Shown: positions 38,130-48,885, counted from the first letter of the stretch. The stretch: DNA of 64,000 nt from a virus (IMGVR_UViG_3300037010_001838), one strand, 5' to 3'. Numbers and translations are program-made. Notes: generated by a model from the sequence alone, not told the origin.

Positions 38130-39632
38130 GTGAGCAAAGAATTTGTGGATGCCCTTTCTATTACAACCAATGTAGCGCACACGGAAAATGGTGCTGTTGC
38201 ATTTGATACAACCAAATCAGCTATGTTGGATTTGTTTGCACAAGGGGGTGCACTCCGCAATCGTGCTGATGATGAAATTCTTCGTTTGTTTTCAAAAGCT
38301 TATGCAGAAAATGCATTGTTTGCCACTCGTGCTATGTTCTATTTCAGGGACGCTCGTGGTGGTCAAGGTGAACGCGATACATTTAGAAAGCAATTAAAGT
38401 GGTTGATTAACGTTAACCCTGACGCTGTCCGTAAAAACATTAAACTTATTCCATACTTTGGACGTTGGGATGATTTGTATGTGTTATTTGATACAGAACT
38501 TGAAACAGATGCAATTACACTAATCTTTACACAGATTGCCGAAGACACGGCATCTGAACATCCCTCGTTGCTTGCAAAATGGTTGAAAAGTGAAAACGCT
38601 TCTTCAAAAGAAACGAAACGACTTGCAACAAAAACTCGTATAGGTCTTAAATTAAGTTCCAAAGCATATCGCTTGATGTTGAGCACTCTTCGTAAGAAAA
38701 TTAACATCGTTGAACGGTTGGTGTCTGCCAATCAGTGGGATAGTATTGAATACAGTGCCGTTCCTTCTCAAGCTAACTTGTTATATGGGAAAGCTTTCTT
38801 CACGCATGACGCTGAACGCCGTAAGAAATTCTTGGATTCTTTAAAGACTGGCGAAAAGAAAATCAATGCGAGTGTTCTTTTTCCATATGAAATCGTCCAT
38901 AAAGCACTTACGGTGGGCAGGAACACACCACAACACGAACGCCAACTCATAGATGCGTTGTGGGACGCTCTTCCAAACTATATTGGAGATAAACAAGAAA
39001 ATGCTCTTGCTGTAGTTGATGTGTCTGGTTCTATGGCTGGTCTTCCATTGGAAGTTGCTATTTCGGTTGGAATGTATTTGGCTGAACGTAACACTTGTGA
39101 AGCTTATCATAACAAGTTCATTACTTTTAGCTCTACACCTCAACTACTTAAAATTCAGGGAGCTGACCTTGTTGAAAAAATAGCTAATATGAATAGTTCT
39201 GCATGGGAAATGAATACAGATATTCAAGCTGTGTTCCGTTTGATTCTTACTGTTGCCAAACAAAACAAGTTAGCACAATCTGAATTACCACAGAAGTTGT
39301 ATATCATTTCTGATATGGAATTTGATGCCGCTATAAGCAACGCTAGATATTCTTATAAGAATCAATGTCGGGGTGTGGTTGACGAAAAATTTTTCCAAAC
39401 AATTTCTAAAGAATTTAGTGAGTGTGGATATACAATGCCCAATTTGGTGTTTTGGAATGTTGATGCTCGGAACCAACAGTTTCCAATGAGTATGGATGAG
39501 CGTGGTTTTCAAATGGTTAGTGGATGTAGTCCGTCTATCTTTAAGCACACAATAGGTGGAGAATTTATGTCTGCTTATGATTTGATGCTTGATGTTATTA
39601 ACAGTGAACGTTATCAACTCGTTACAATTTAA
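38130..39632 (+). CDS. DUF2828 / TROVE-like vWA domain protein (Ro60-related)
   Basis: TENGA, RDARGGQGER, GRWDDL, AKWLKSE, MIDAS VVDVSGSM, FITFS, ISDMEFD, LVFWNV. Confidence 0.85.
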   Translation: MSKEFVDALSITTNVAHTENGAVAFDTTKSAMLDLFAQGGALRNRADDEILRLFSKAYAENALFATRAMFYFRDARGGQGERDTFRKQLKWLINVNPDAVRKNIKLIPYFGRWDDLYVLFDTELETDAITLIFTQIAEDTASEHPSLLAKWLKSENASSKETKRLATKTRIGLKLSSKAYRLMLSTLRKKINIVERLVSANQWDSIEYSAVPSQANLLYGKAFFTHDAERRKKFLDSLKTGEKKINASVLFPYEIVHKALTVGRNTPQHERQLIDALWDALPNYIGDKQENALAVVDVSGSMAGLPLEVAISVGMYLAERNTCEAYHNKFITFSSTPQLLKIQGADLVEKIANMNSSAWEMNTDIQAVFRLILTVAKQNKLAQSELPQKLYIISDMEFDAAISNARYSYKNQCRGVVDEKFFQTISKEFSECGYTMPNLVFWNVDARNQQFPMSMDERGFQMVSGCSPSIFKHTIGGEFMSAYDLMLDVINSERYQLVTI

Positions 39633-39635
39633 CTT

Positions 39636-40001
39636 TTGAAATATAATATGAGTAAATATACACCAGATTGTTGGGTTAAGGTCAAATTCACAAATGATGA
39701 ATTTGGAGAAATAGAAAAGATTTTTGCAGGTTGGTATGGTGGATACCTTAATGGTGACAGTTGGAAGTTAAGTTCAGGTATTACACAACAAGAAGAATTC
39801 GATGACCGTTATGAATTTACAAATTCTTCTGGTTCCGTGTATGTTTGTTATAAGGGGTCTGAACGTATGAGTGGTATAATGGGTAGTGTGTATGCGTCAT
39901 TTGCGGAACAGATTCGAGAAGCAAATGAAAAAAACTCAACGAACAAAACTTTAATGGAAATTATTCCTGTAACAGGAGATGGCGATGTTGTAACGAGTTA
40001 A
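39636..40001 (+). CDS. conserved T4-like hypothetical protein
   Basis: YTPDCWV...GWYGGYLNGDSWKLSSGI...SGSVYVC. Confidence 0.8.
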   Translation: MKYNMSKYTPDCWVKVKFTNDEFGEIEKIFAGWYGGYLNGDSWKLSSGITQQEEFDDRYEFTNSSGSVYVCYKGSERMSGIMGSVYASFAEQIREANEKNSTNKTLMEIIPVTGDGDVVTS

Positions 40002-40089
40002 AGAGGGAGATTGGTTTGGAAAGAAACTAGTCGATGTGTTGGAGAAAGAATTTGTTGTTGGGGACAAAGTTGTTCGAGTAAATAGTATC

Positions 40090-40177
40090 GGAAGTATGCC
40101 AGAGCGGCTTATTGGCGCTGCCTTGAAAGCAGATGGTCCGAAAGGGCACGTGGGTTCAAATCCTACTACTTCCGCCA
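40090..40177 (+). tRNA. tRNA-Ser(TGA)
   Basis: CTGC-CTTGAAA-GCAG, long variable arm, G73 CCA. Confidence 0.9.
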
Positions 40178-40383
40178 AACACAACAGAAGTAAATCATGC
40201 AAATAAATCAAGATTGTCGTCCTTGATGTATCAACAAAGACAAAATTCGCCCTGGATACGAAATTCACGATTGTCCAAATATGAAAAGAGACCCAAAAGA
40301 TAAAGACATGGACACAGAAGGATATAAATGTGATGTGTGCGGACGGCGCGATTGGTTATATTATAGTGAGATGAGTTAAATAG

Positions 40384-41172
40384 ATGAAATTTCTTATTCA
40401 ACACAATTTAATGGATAAAGAACAACTTCAGTTAACAAAAGCTGCTGTTGAACAATACCCACATGAATTTGTTGGATTAATTCCTTTCTCTCGAGAAATA
40501 ACTTCAACCGAACCATTAACAGGAACCAAATACATTCCTTATGGTTCAACACTATTAACAAACCTTGCTTATGAATTAAAATGGGAAGGTCTCTATTTTG
40601 ATTTAGCTAAATTCAATTACGAAGCTGCTGCATCCAACCGTGACGATATGATGAATGCACAGTTCATTAAACCATTGAACGTGACGATTGAGTTTTTACA
40701 CACGAGACCAGATAACGAACTTTGGTTTATTCGTCCTTCAGAAGATCTGAAACAATTTTCTGGACAAATTATTGAAGCGAAAGAATGTAGAGAATGGCTC
40801 AAAGATGCAATGGAATGTGACATGTCTGGTACTTATAAAATGGAACCGGAAACGATGATTGTTCTTGCTGAACCACAGACGATTCAAGCTGAATGGCGTT
40901 GGTTTGTTGTTGGAGGGGAAATTGTTGACGGTTCCATGTACCGTGCAAATGGACAATTAATTAAAAATCATGAAACGGAAACTGGCGTTATAAAAGAAGC
41001 ACAAAAATTCGCCGATAAATGGGTACCAAGTCCGTGTTGTGTTATGGACACAGCTCTTGTCGATGACAAAATAAAGGTTATAGAATTTAACTGTATTAAC
41101 TCATCAGGTTTTTACAATCATAACGTATCAAAAATATTTTCAGCCTTATATGATTACTCAATCAATCGTTGA
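40384..41172 (+). CDS. ATP-grasp domain protein (DUF4343-like)
   Basis: WFIRPSEDLKQFSG, EWRWFVVGGEIV, VMDTA, IEFNCINSSGFY. Confidence 0.8.
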   Translation: MKFLIQHNLMDKEQLQLTKAAVEQYPHEFVGLIPFSREITSTEPLTGTKYIPYGSTLLTNLAYELKWEGLYFDLAKFNYEAAASNRDDMMNAQFIKPLNVTIEFLHTRPDNELWFIRPSEDLKQFSGQIIEAKECREWLKDAMECDMSGTYKMEPETMIVLAEPQTIQAEWRWFVVGGEIVDGSMYRANGQLIKNHETETGVIKEAQKFADKWVPSPCCVMDTALVDDKIKVIEFNCINSSGFYNHNVSKIFSALYDYSINR

Positions 41173-41207
41173 AAGGTTTGCGGTGTTAGTTTAAAATGTA
41201 ATTTTTT

Positions 41208-41800
41208 ATGGAGTTTCTTGAAAATAAGACAAACGAATTTGAATTAAATAATAAATTTGCTGACTTAAGTAGGTTATTTGTTTATTACAATGAACGCAAC
41301 ATGGAAGGAACAATTACTAAAGATGCTGGTGCAAGAATTTGTGATGGAATCCAAACGTTAGCAACATTTGGTGTGTGTTCAGAAGATGTTTGGCCATACT
41401 TAACTTAGCGTTTCGCCATTAAACCTGTTGATTCCGCTTATTCTGGTGCACTCTCAAGAAAAAATTTCAGCTTATGCTCGTGTGGATCGTTCAAACGGTG
41501 TAAACGGTATTAAACAAGTTTTGGCTTCAGGTTATCCTATCATATTCGGGTTTACAGTTTTCGGTAGTTTTGAAAGTGATCAAGTAGCCCAAACGGGAAT
41601 ACTGAATATGCCTGTTGATGGTGAACAATGTCAAGGAGGACACGCTGTTCTTATGGTGGGATATGATAATGCTACTCAACGAGTAATCGTCCGCAATTTT
41701 TTGGGGGGCAAGTTGGGGGCAGGGTGGATACTTTACAATGCCATATCAATACGTGGTAGATCGAAATTTAGCAAGCGATTTGTGGACAATAACCAAATAA
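41208..41800 (+). pseudogene. disrupted papain-like (C1) cysteine peptidase
   Basis: SRLFVYYNER, GVCSE..WPY, GGHAVLMVGYD, VRN; split by stop and frameshifts; catalytic Cys region missing. Confidence 0.7.
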
Positions 41801-41819
41801 AATATAACATTACTCACAC

Positions 41820-41844
41820 AAAAAGGCGCTTTGGCGCCTTTTTT
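41820..41844 (+). terminator. rho-independent terminator
   Basis: AAAAGGCGC-TTTG-GCGCCTTTT. Confidence 0.8.
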
Positions 41845-41938
41845 GTTGATCACTGCGTTGACCTTAAATATTTTTTAATATATTATATTAACAATGAGAA
41901 CTAACCTCATTTAACCAGCAACGAAAGGAAAACAAATT

Positions 41939-42424
41939 ATGACGAACATTTCAATTACAAATCTCTCTTGGGGTCAGCGTTTTGCCCTAATTAACGCATA
42001 CCATCCATCTGACGATCAAGCATGTACGGTTCTTGGGGTTACTTCTCAAGAACTTAATACTGCAAAAGCACTAATTTCAAAGGGCGTTTTTCAAGTAGAT
42101 ACAACTTTAAACGTTGAACCTTATGGAGTTTTATTTGGGCGTGTAAGTTCCAATAAACCAAAAATCAAAAACATAGCTTCCACGACTACCGAAAAAAAGC
42201 GCGGGCGTAAGGGTGATAAAATTCAAACAGCGTTCTTAGCCATCACCGAAACTCCTGTTCCTGCAGAACAATTCATCGAAAAATATGGAATTTCGATGCC
42301 TGTTCTTCGCCAATTCAAACGGTTTGATAAAACAGGACTTCCAGGGCACGTAAACGTTCGAAAACAGGAAGGTGTTTTAATGGTTTGGCGCAGTGTGGAT
42401 CCAACACCCGAAACACAAACGTAA
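41939..42424 (+). CDS. hypothetical protein, possible HTH DNA-binding
   Basis: AAAGGA SD; DQACTVLGVTSQELN helix-turn-helix-like. Confidence 0.65.
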   Translation: MTNISITNLSWGQRFALINAYHPSDDQACTVLGVTSQELNTAKALISKGVFQVDTTLNVEPYGVLFGRVSSNKPKIKNIASTTTEKKRGRKGDKIQTAFLAITETPVPAEQFIEKYGISMPVLRQFKRFDKTGLPGHVNVRKQEGVLMVWRSVDPTPETQT

Positions 42425-42475
42425 CCAAGCGTTATGTTGGAGAGTGGATTTATTTAAACAACTGTTTGACTTTAG

Positions 42476-42483
42476 TATAAATA
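42476..42483 (+). promoter_or_regulatory. T4-like late promoter TATAAATA
   Basis: Exact T4 late consensus, also at 33799 and 43345; ATAAATA precedes many structural-type genes. Confidence 0.55.
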
Positions 42484-42509
42484 CGTTCACTCTCTATACT
42501 GGAAACAAA

Positions 42510-42746
42510 ATGAAATTAAACCAACTCCTCGAAACCACCAAAGATGAATACTCAAATGTATCAGAAGCAGACTATAAGTTATGGGTCGAGACATTAGCGG
42601 ACATGATCGAGAATGATAAAATGTCCTTCGACGAAGCGATAGACGTAATGCTTGACAATGATCCTAAATTCGAACACCTATCTACATCTGCTCAAAAGAA
42701 ATGTATTTCTAACATAAAGAAACGATACTACGATTCTATTCATTAA
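42510..42746 (+). CDS. hypothetical protein with MKLNQLLE N-terminus
   Basis: ATG after late promoter and GGAAAC. Confidence 0.65.
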   Translation: MKLNQLLETTKDEYSNVSEADYKLWVETLADMIENDKMSFDEAIDVMLDNDPKFEHLSTSAQKKCISNIKKRYYDSIH

Positions 42747-42931
42747 GGAGTTTATATGCGGGATAGGGTAAGTTGTGATATTTTACAGCTATACCTCGCG
42801 AAGGGAATTGCTCTTCATCCAACGTATTACTCTGATTTTCTTAACCAAATATGTTTTTTACATAGAAAGGGACTGGTTTCACCAGTCCCTATTGCTTTAC
42901 TTGATAGTTACAACATGAAAACCAAACACGG

Positions 42932-43282
42932 TTAATACATGTAATCAGAACCAATCGAAAAATTATCAAAATTACTTCCACTCCAATCATCAGACGTCCA
43001 ACGAGTTGTTGAATAACTATCCATCACGGAACCATAATCTTCTTCTATTTCAGGTAAAGAATTTTTTGATATACCCTTTTCAGGGAATTCTTCTAAATTT
43101 GTATTAGGTTGAACTTTTAAATTAATTTGATTCTTACGAGGACGTCCTCGAGGACGCTTTTCTTTAACTTCAACCAACTCTATTGGTATTTTACGAGGAC
43201 GTCCTCGAGGACGTTTTTCTGTTTGAACTACTTCGATAACATTTTCTTTATTTCTGTTCTTGCTACCTTTTGGTCTAGCCAT
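42932..43282 (-). CDS. AT-hook containing DNA-binding protein
   Basis: Two RPRGRPRK motifs plus ARPKGSKN. Confidence 0.75.
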   Translation of the reverse strand: MARPKGSKNRNKENVIEVVQTEKRPRGRPRKIPIELVEVKEKRPRGRPRKNQINLKVQPNTNLEEFPEKGISKNSLPEIEEDYGSVMDSYSTTRWTSDDWSGSNFDNFSIGSDYMY

Positions 43283-43385
43283 ACACAACTCCTAAATGTC
43301 AAATTAAATGATAAAACATATAAATTAAAACGTCAACATAATTTTATAAATATCTTATGTGAAGTGTAATGATTAGGAGCCGTAT

Positions 43386-46300
43386 ATGCAGTTATCTTTT
43401 AGACAGGGGTTGGTTCAATATCAATCAAATTTTTTATCTTGGTCAACTGTTAGAAGTGATAGTATCTCTCTTTCAACAACGAACAAACCTGTAACCGTAA
43501 CATTTTCTCAACAAAGTTCAGAATATCTTCTCGTTGAACCATTGGGCCAGAATGCGACTGTACGTTGGACTGGTCTTCCTGTTTCTAACAGTTCCGATTT
43601 TTGGATTTTTTGGGACATAGATAATCTTACAGCTCTCGTAACGTATGGTTTCACGACAGTAGCTCCCGTGTTCGGTCCTATTGACCCATTTCAAACTACT
43701 ATCCCGTTCCCAACAATTCCAGCAACTGGACAACATTGGTTTGATACTTCTTCAATGACAATGAAGGTATGGAGTGGTTCGTCTTGGACTCCAAAGATTA
43801 GAGTATTTGCTGCAAAAATTGAAAATGGTTCTATCATTGTTCCATATCCTCCTGGAACACAAGTGGGGGTTGCGTCTCCTATTAAATCAGGACGCATTTT
43901 ACGAGACGGTACTGGAACTCCAATTAAAAAAGCTAACAAGACTTTCGTCACATCAGAAGATAGGTTTTTTATAGAAAATTCTGATGTTCGGACGGCAGAA
44001 CTTGAAACTTCTATTGTTGTCGGGATTGCAAGAGAAAGTATTCCTTCTTATTCAGCAGTGAAGTTAGAAGATTTCAATGATTATTATTTGGCTAACTATG
44101 AAGACACAACAGCTGGGTTTATAGGTATGGCTATTGATAGTGCAACATACGGAGAAAGTTTATTTGTTACAATCCAAGGAATGATTACTAATCCTGCTTG
44201 GGATTGGCAAACACCAAATGCAAAAATATGGATTGACTCTAACGGTCAACTAACTGATGTAAATCCCGGGATAGCCACCCCTACGAGAGGTTTTCAACAG
44301 CCAATTGCCAGAGTGATATCACCAACCTCAATTATATTTGGTCAAGGATATTTCAATGATGCGGGTACTGTAACCAATACTGTCGTAACTCAAAAAGCTT
44401 CTGGTTCTATTATTGGTATCACTGAATTATCTCTAGATCCACTTAATTTAAACACTCCAATCGCTGTTGGAGATAATGACCCAAGAATGTCGGATGCGAG
44501 AACACCACTGGCTCACACACACCAATCAACTGATGTTTTCTATCAAGGAACCCCCTTAGATACAACGTTAAATCTAATTATGTCAGACCTCTCTGGTAAG
44601 GTCTCCAAATCTGGCGACACGATGACGGGTTTCTTGACTTTGAATGCAAACCCAGTTGCTAATCTACAAGCTGCTACAAAACAGTACGTCGATAGTGCCG
44701 CTAATCAAACAATTACCTTGTCGGGTGATATTAGTGGTTCGGGTACAAGTGGTATTACAACTACTCTTTCAAACAGCGGAGTTACAGCTGGAACATATAA
44801 CAACAGTGCTCTAACTTCTACCCCATTTACCGTCGACGCGAAAGGACGTGTAACAGCAACAGGAACCCCTATTACAATTACTCCTGATTGGGCTTCTGTA
44901 TTATGGAAACCTACAACTCTTGCTGGTTATGGGATAACCGACGGTCAACCACTCAACGTTGATTTAACAGCAATTTCTAATCTCGCAACCGGAACAACAG
45001 GTGTATTAACAAAAACCGGACCAGGAACTTGGACACTTGGAGCTGCATCATCCGGTGCAAGTAACACGATTTTTCAAGAAGATACATCATTAACGATTAC
45101 AGATTCTGGAACTAATGGAACTATGTCATACGTTGTTGATGGTAGACTCGTTATGACAACTGATACAAGAAATATTCGGTTTTTCAGTGGAGCACCAGAT
45201 TCTTGGGTATCTGTTGTTGAAAGTGGAGCATTTACATTGGACAACACTGGAGGTTCAACTGTAAAAATTGACAGTTTGGGAAACATTATAACTCTTGGTT
45301 CTGTAAATCAAAGTTCTCTTACAAGTGTATTGGTAATTAAGGTCGATTCTACAGGAAATACTATATGGCAACGACTTATAAGTGATAATAATGGGACATC
45401 TGGAGCAACAGCAGATGCTAGTGCGATTGACTCTCAAGATAACATAATTATGGCAGTAAATGTTAATCATTATGGTACATCGGATACGCAACCCATACTT
45501 AAATTAGATTCAGATGGTAACATCTTATGGCAGGTAGGTGTTACTCAAAACATTGATATAAATTCTCCCCCAGGAACGTATCAACCCCAAATCACAGACA
45601 TTGTAGTCGATTCCTCAAATGACGTTTACGCTGGTGGATTTTTAATAATTCAAAATCCAGACAATCCAGGACTTCGAACGAACGCTGGTTTAATTGTAAA
45701 ACTGTCGGGTATCGATGGTTCCGTTATGTGGCAACAGTTGATTCAAGATTCAACATCATCGAGGGGTGATTGTCATTTAACAGGAATAACATATAATCCT
45801 TCTCTGAATCAGATATATGTGTGTGGAAATTTACTTACTAAGGATTCATTTTCCAATTCCAGTAACAACGGTTTTGTTGCAGCTTATGATTCTGCAGGAA
45901 ATAGACAGTGGATTAGCTTAAGTGATGTATCTGGAGACACTACTCACATAAACGATCAAGCGTATGATGCGCATGGTAACTTAGTTAACTATAAGACATT
46001 TTCGGGTATAACTCTTGGGGTTGGAAGTACATTACACAACTCTGGGGGAACTTCAATTTATGTGTGTGGACAAGCTTTCACTCCAAGATTGACCAACTTC
46101 TGTATATGTGAATATATTGCCACACAAGGTGCAGGAATAACAGCTACGATAGGTGAGTTGGTGACATCTCGAACATATGACAATTCTTATGGAAATCATA
46201 GTCAACTCTATGAAATTGTGGCAACTCCAACTGAATTAATAGCTGTTGGAAATCCTCAAACGAATACATTTGGTAGTGACTGGTCAATACTAAAAATAAG

Positions 46301-46520
46301 TCTTCCAAGTCTAACTCTTGATTGGTCTTCCGATATAGGTTTTGCAAGTTCAGAAGGTTTGTTATGGAATTTCTCAAATCGTTGTTTGGATGTTCGTAAT
46401 AATCAAGTAGCAGTTACAGGATACACGTACCAAAATGGAGCAGGAACAAATAATAGCCAAATGATGACTGTGAAAATACCGGTTGCCAACGTATTATTTT
46501 CTGTGGGGAATTGTAAATAA
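43386..46520 (+). CDS. large virion tail/fibre structural protein
   Basis: 1044 aa, Ser/Thr/Gly-rich; GDTMTG.L.L..NP...LQAATKQYVD fibre motif; C-terminal propeller-like repeats. Confidence 0.8.
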   Translation: MQLSFRQGLVQYQSNFLSWSTVRSDSISLSTTNKPVTVTFSQQSSEYLLVEPLGQNATVRWTGLPVSNSSDFWIFWDIDNLTALVTYGFTTVAPVFGPIDPFQTTIPFPTIPATGQHWFDTSSMTMKVWSGSSWTPKIRVFAAKIENGSIIVPYPPGTQVGVASPIKSGRILRDGTGTPIKKANKTFVTSEDRFFIENSDVRTAELETSIVVGIARESIPSYSAVKLEDFNDYYLANYEDTTAGFIGMAIDSATYGESLFVTIQGMITNPAWDWQTPNAKIWIDSNGQLTDVNPGIATPTRGFQQPIARVISPTSIIFGQGYFNDAGTVTNTVVTQKASGSIIGITELSLDPLNLNTPIAVGDNDPRMSDARTPLAHTHQSTDVFYQGTPLDTTLNLIMSDLSGKVSKSGDTMTGFLTLNANPVANLQAATKQYVDSAANQTITLSGDISGSGTSGITTTLSNSGVTAGTYNNSALTSTPFTVDAKGRVTATGTPITITPDWASVLWKPTTLAGYGITDGQPLNVDLTAISNLATGTTGVLTKTGPGTWTLGAASSGASNTIFQEDTSLTITDSGTNGTMSYVVDGRLVMTTDTRNIRFFSGAPDSWVSVVESGAFTLDNTGGSTVKIDSLGNIITLGSVNQSSLTSVLVIKVDSTGNTIWQRLISDNNGTSGATADASAIDSQDNIIMAVNVNHYGTSDTQPILKLDSDGNILWQVGVTQNIDINSPPGTYQPQITDIVVDSSNDVYAGGFLIIQNPDNPGLRTNAGLIVKLSGIDGSVMWQQLIQDSTSSRGDCHLTGITYNPSLNQIYVCGNLLTKDSFSNSSNNGFVAAYDSAGNRQWISLSDVSGDTTHINDQAYDAHGNLVNYKTFSGITLGVGSTLHNSGGTSIYVCGQAFTPRLTNFCICEYIATQGAGITATIGELVTSRTYDNSYGNHSQLYEIVATPTELIAVGNPQTNTFGSDWSILKISLPSLTLDWSSDIGFASSEGLLWNFSNRCLDVRNNQVAVTGYTYQNGAGTNNSQMMTVKIPVANVLFSVGNCK

Positions 46521-46581
46521 TAGCCAAACGATGACTGTAAAAATACCGGTTGCCAACGTATTATTTTCTGTGGGGAATTGT
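46448..46581 (+). repeat. 67-bp tandem duplication at end of tail gene
   Basis: 46448-46514 and 46515-46581, two mismatches. Confidence 0.9.
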
Positions 46582-46622
46582 GCGGTTGGTGGCGGTGGAT
46601 AACAATAAAAGGAGAATGACAA

Positions 46623-47471
46623 GTGCCAATATCAGTACCACCAACAAGTCCAATAGTAGGATCTTTTAATTTTTGCTCTTTTCACATTTTACCAGATGAT
46701 TTTATTGAAACAAGTGTAGATACACTACTTTCCAATAACATAAATTCGTTAATATCGGGGGAAGAGTGGTTATTAACAGCTGTAGCGTCAGGACCTACAA
46801 CCTTTGTAACTCCTTCAGCAGTGTCATATTCAATTGATGCTTCTCAATATAGCACATTAGAGATTGACACTTTACCTTTCTCTTCAACGGTTTATACATT
46901 AACCGTTGATACAATTAACTCTTCAACTATTGTTAATGGAACTTTAACTTCTGATAATATAACATCTACTAATATAACCAATTCAGGAATTATAAGCACT
47001 AATACATTGAATGTTACTACTGGTATTAATTTTGGAACAAATACAACAAGTCCTCCAAACACAGTTATAATATCTGATTCAGGTGGACACCAACTTTGGG
47101 CAAATCCAAGTAGTTTGATAACGTCTCAATCTAATATATGGACAGCAGGCCAACGTGGACAATATGTTTATTTGGTTTCTTCTGGAGGAATTATCAATCT
47201 AGATATGGATTCAGGAAACAACTTCTCCGTTGTTATGACAGAAAATTCAACACTCAACTCTCCTGTTAATTCTGGTGCTGGTCAGAGTGGAATAATCGTA
47301 ATTCAAAATGGAACAACTCCGAGCACTTTAACCTTTAATTCATACTGGAAGTTTGCTGGTGGTGTTGCTCCAACGTTAACACCAACAGCAAACGCAGTTG
47401 ATGTGTTGAGTTATATGGTAAGTCCATCAGGAAATTTTGCAATTTGTCAAATTCTGAATGATATAAAATGA
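46623..47471 (+). CDS. tail fibre-related protein
   Basis: C-terminal WTAGQRG...GNNF...GQSG.I.I......LTFNSYWKFAGGVAPTLT....VDVLSY domain. Confidence 0.75.
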   Translation: MPISVPPTSPIVGSFNFCSFHILPDDFIETSVDTLLSNNINSLISGEEWLLTAVASGPTTFVTPSAVSYSIDASQYSTLEIDTLPFSSTVYTLTVDTINSSTIVNGTLTSDNITSTNITNSGIISTNTLNVTTGINFGTNTTSPPNTVIISDSGGHQLWANPSSLITSQSNIWTAGQRGQYVYLVSSGGIINLDMDSGNNFSVVMTENSTLNSPVNSGAGQSGIIVIQNGTTPSTLTFNSYWKFAGGVAPTLTPTANAVDVLSYMVSPSGNFAICQILNDIK

Positions 47472-47706
47472 TACCTGGAATCTTTGTACCACTTTGGGGG
47501 AAAATCAGGAACATGTGATAAACTTTGGAACAAAGTTTTCTATTGTTTATGGAAATGGAAAATTTGTAACTGTTGGTTATGGAGCAACAAAAGTTTCAGC
47601 TGTAAGTCCTGATGGAATAAATTGGACGCAATCTGGGTTACCTGTTGCAAGTACATATAGTTCTATTGCACACGGAAACGGACATAAATATCCTTGTCCT
47701 TTATGA
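47468..47706 (+). pseudogene. truncated tail beta-propeller gene remnant
   Basis: SIVYGNGKFVTVG...SPDGINWT repeat in a short broken frame. Confidence 0.45.
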
Positions 47707-47812
47707 AAGATAGAACTCAATATGTTAATTATGAAACTCATACGAGCACATTTGACGTTTATTATTCCTCCATACTGTCAAACATGTTCTTATTTAAAAG
47801 GTAAAAAATAAA

Positions 47813-48448
47813 ATGAATAAAATAGACGTTCACATATGTAGGTTTGGTGATTATGATAAAAAACTATATGAACAGTGTCTAAAATCTATAGAACCTGCTT
47901 CACATTTAATAAACATACATTTCGTTGATGATATATCACCTCTCAAAAAAGCCCGATACGTAGGCTATGGTACAGGTTCGGCTGAATACATTTGTCACGT
48001 AGACCACGACGATTATGTGTTTCCAGAAGCATTTCAAGCGTGTTTGGAAGAAATAGAAAAAGATAAAACGCTTTCAGGTGTATATACTAACTCTTTTATA
48101 GTCAATCCGTATAAAAACATAAGAAGACAATTTTACAGTGAAACAACAGAGTGGACAAGAGAGTATCACATTCAAACACCAATTCCTGTTCATCCATTAT
48201 GCATAATGAGACGTTCTGTGTTCGATAAAGTGAAAGACGAATATTTAGAACATGGGTTAGAATTTCGTACAGACCAATATCTTTTTACGTTGATGGCTCG
48301 AGAAGGAGATTTTAAATTTCTTGGAAAAAAATATGGATACGCATGGAGAGATTTTAAAACCGGACACCATGTAAAAAACAACTCCCCAAAAGATAAACAA
48401 CATTTGATAGAATTCAAGAGACAAGTTCTTGGACCTTCCAAAAATTAA
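47813..48448 (+). CDS. glycosyltransferase family 2
   Basis: YICHVDHDDY DxD motif, GT-A pattern. Confidence 0.8.
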   Translation: MNKIDVHICRFGDYDKKLYEQCLKSIEPASHLINIHFVDDISPLKKARYVGYGTGSAEYICHVDHDDYVFPEAFQACLEEIEKDKTLSGVYTNSFIVNPYKNIRRQFYSETTEWTREYHIQTPIPVHPLCIMRRSVFDKVKDEYLEHGLEFRTDQYLFTLMAREGDFKFLGKKYGYAWRDFKTGHHVKNNSPKDKQHLIEFKRQVLGPSKN

Positions 48449-48507
48449 TCATTGACAGATAACTATAAAACGAGTACAATATTAAAAATTTTATAGACTG
48501 AATTGAT

Positions 48508-48885
48508 GTGTCTGATATACTTGAACAAAATTCGAATACCGAAAACGTCGAAGATATAGATTTAAACATTCAACGTTTTATACAAGCATTTAACAAAGCA
48601 CGAACCGTTATTTTAACGGCTATAGTATATCTGTATCCAGAAAACTGGTCTGCAAGGTGTTCATTAGCAGACACCAAATTTGATAACACAATTTGGGCTT
48701 TTGATATTTTAAATGAAAACGGTGAAGTTCACGCGCAATACCTTATTGATGATATTGTGGCTGTATTAAATACGGCGCGTGAAGAAGCAACAGAATTACT
48801 CGAAAAGAACCCACACTATAAAGATACAAAATATCTTATTGGTGTGGGAACTGAAAGAGCGTTACAACAATTTAATGTTAACTGA
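48508..48885 (+). CDS. hypothetical protein
   Basis: 125-aa ORF. Confidence 0.6.
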   Translation: MSDILEQNSNTENVEDIDLNIQRFIQAFNKARTVILTAIVYLYPENWSARCSLADTKFDNTIWAFDILNENGEVHAQYLIDDIVAVLNTAREEATELLEKNPHYKDTKYLIGVGTERALQQFNVN

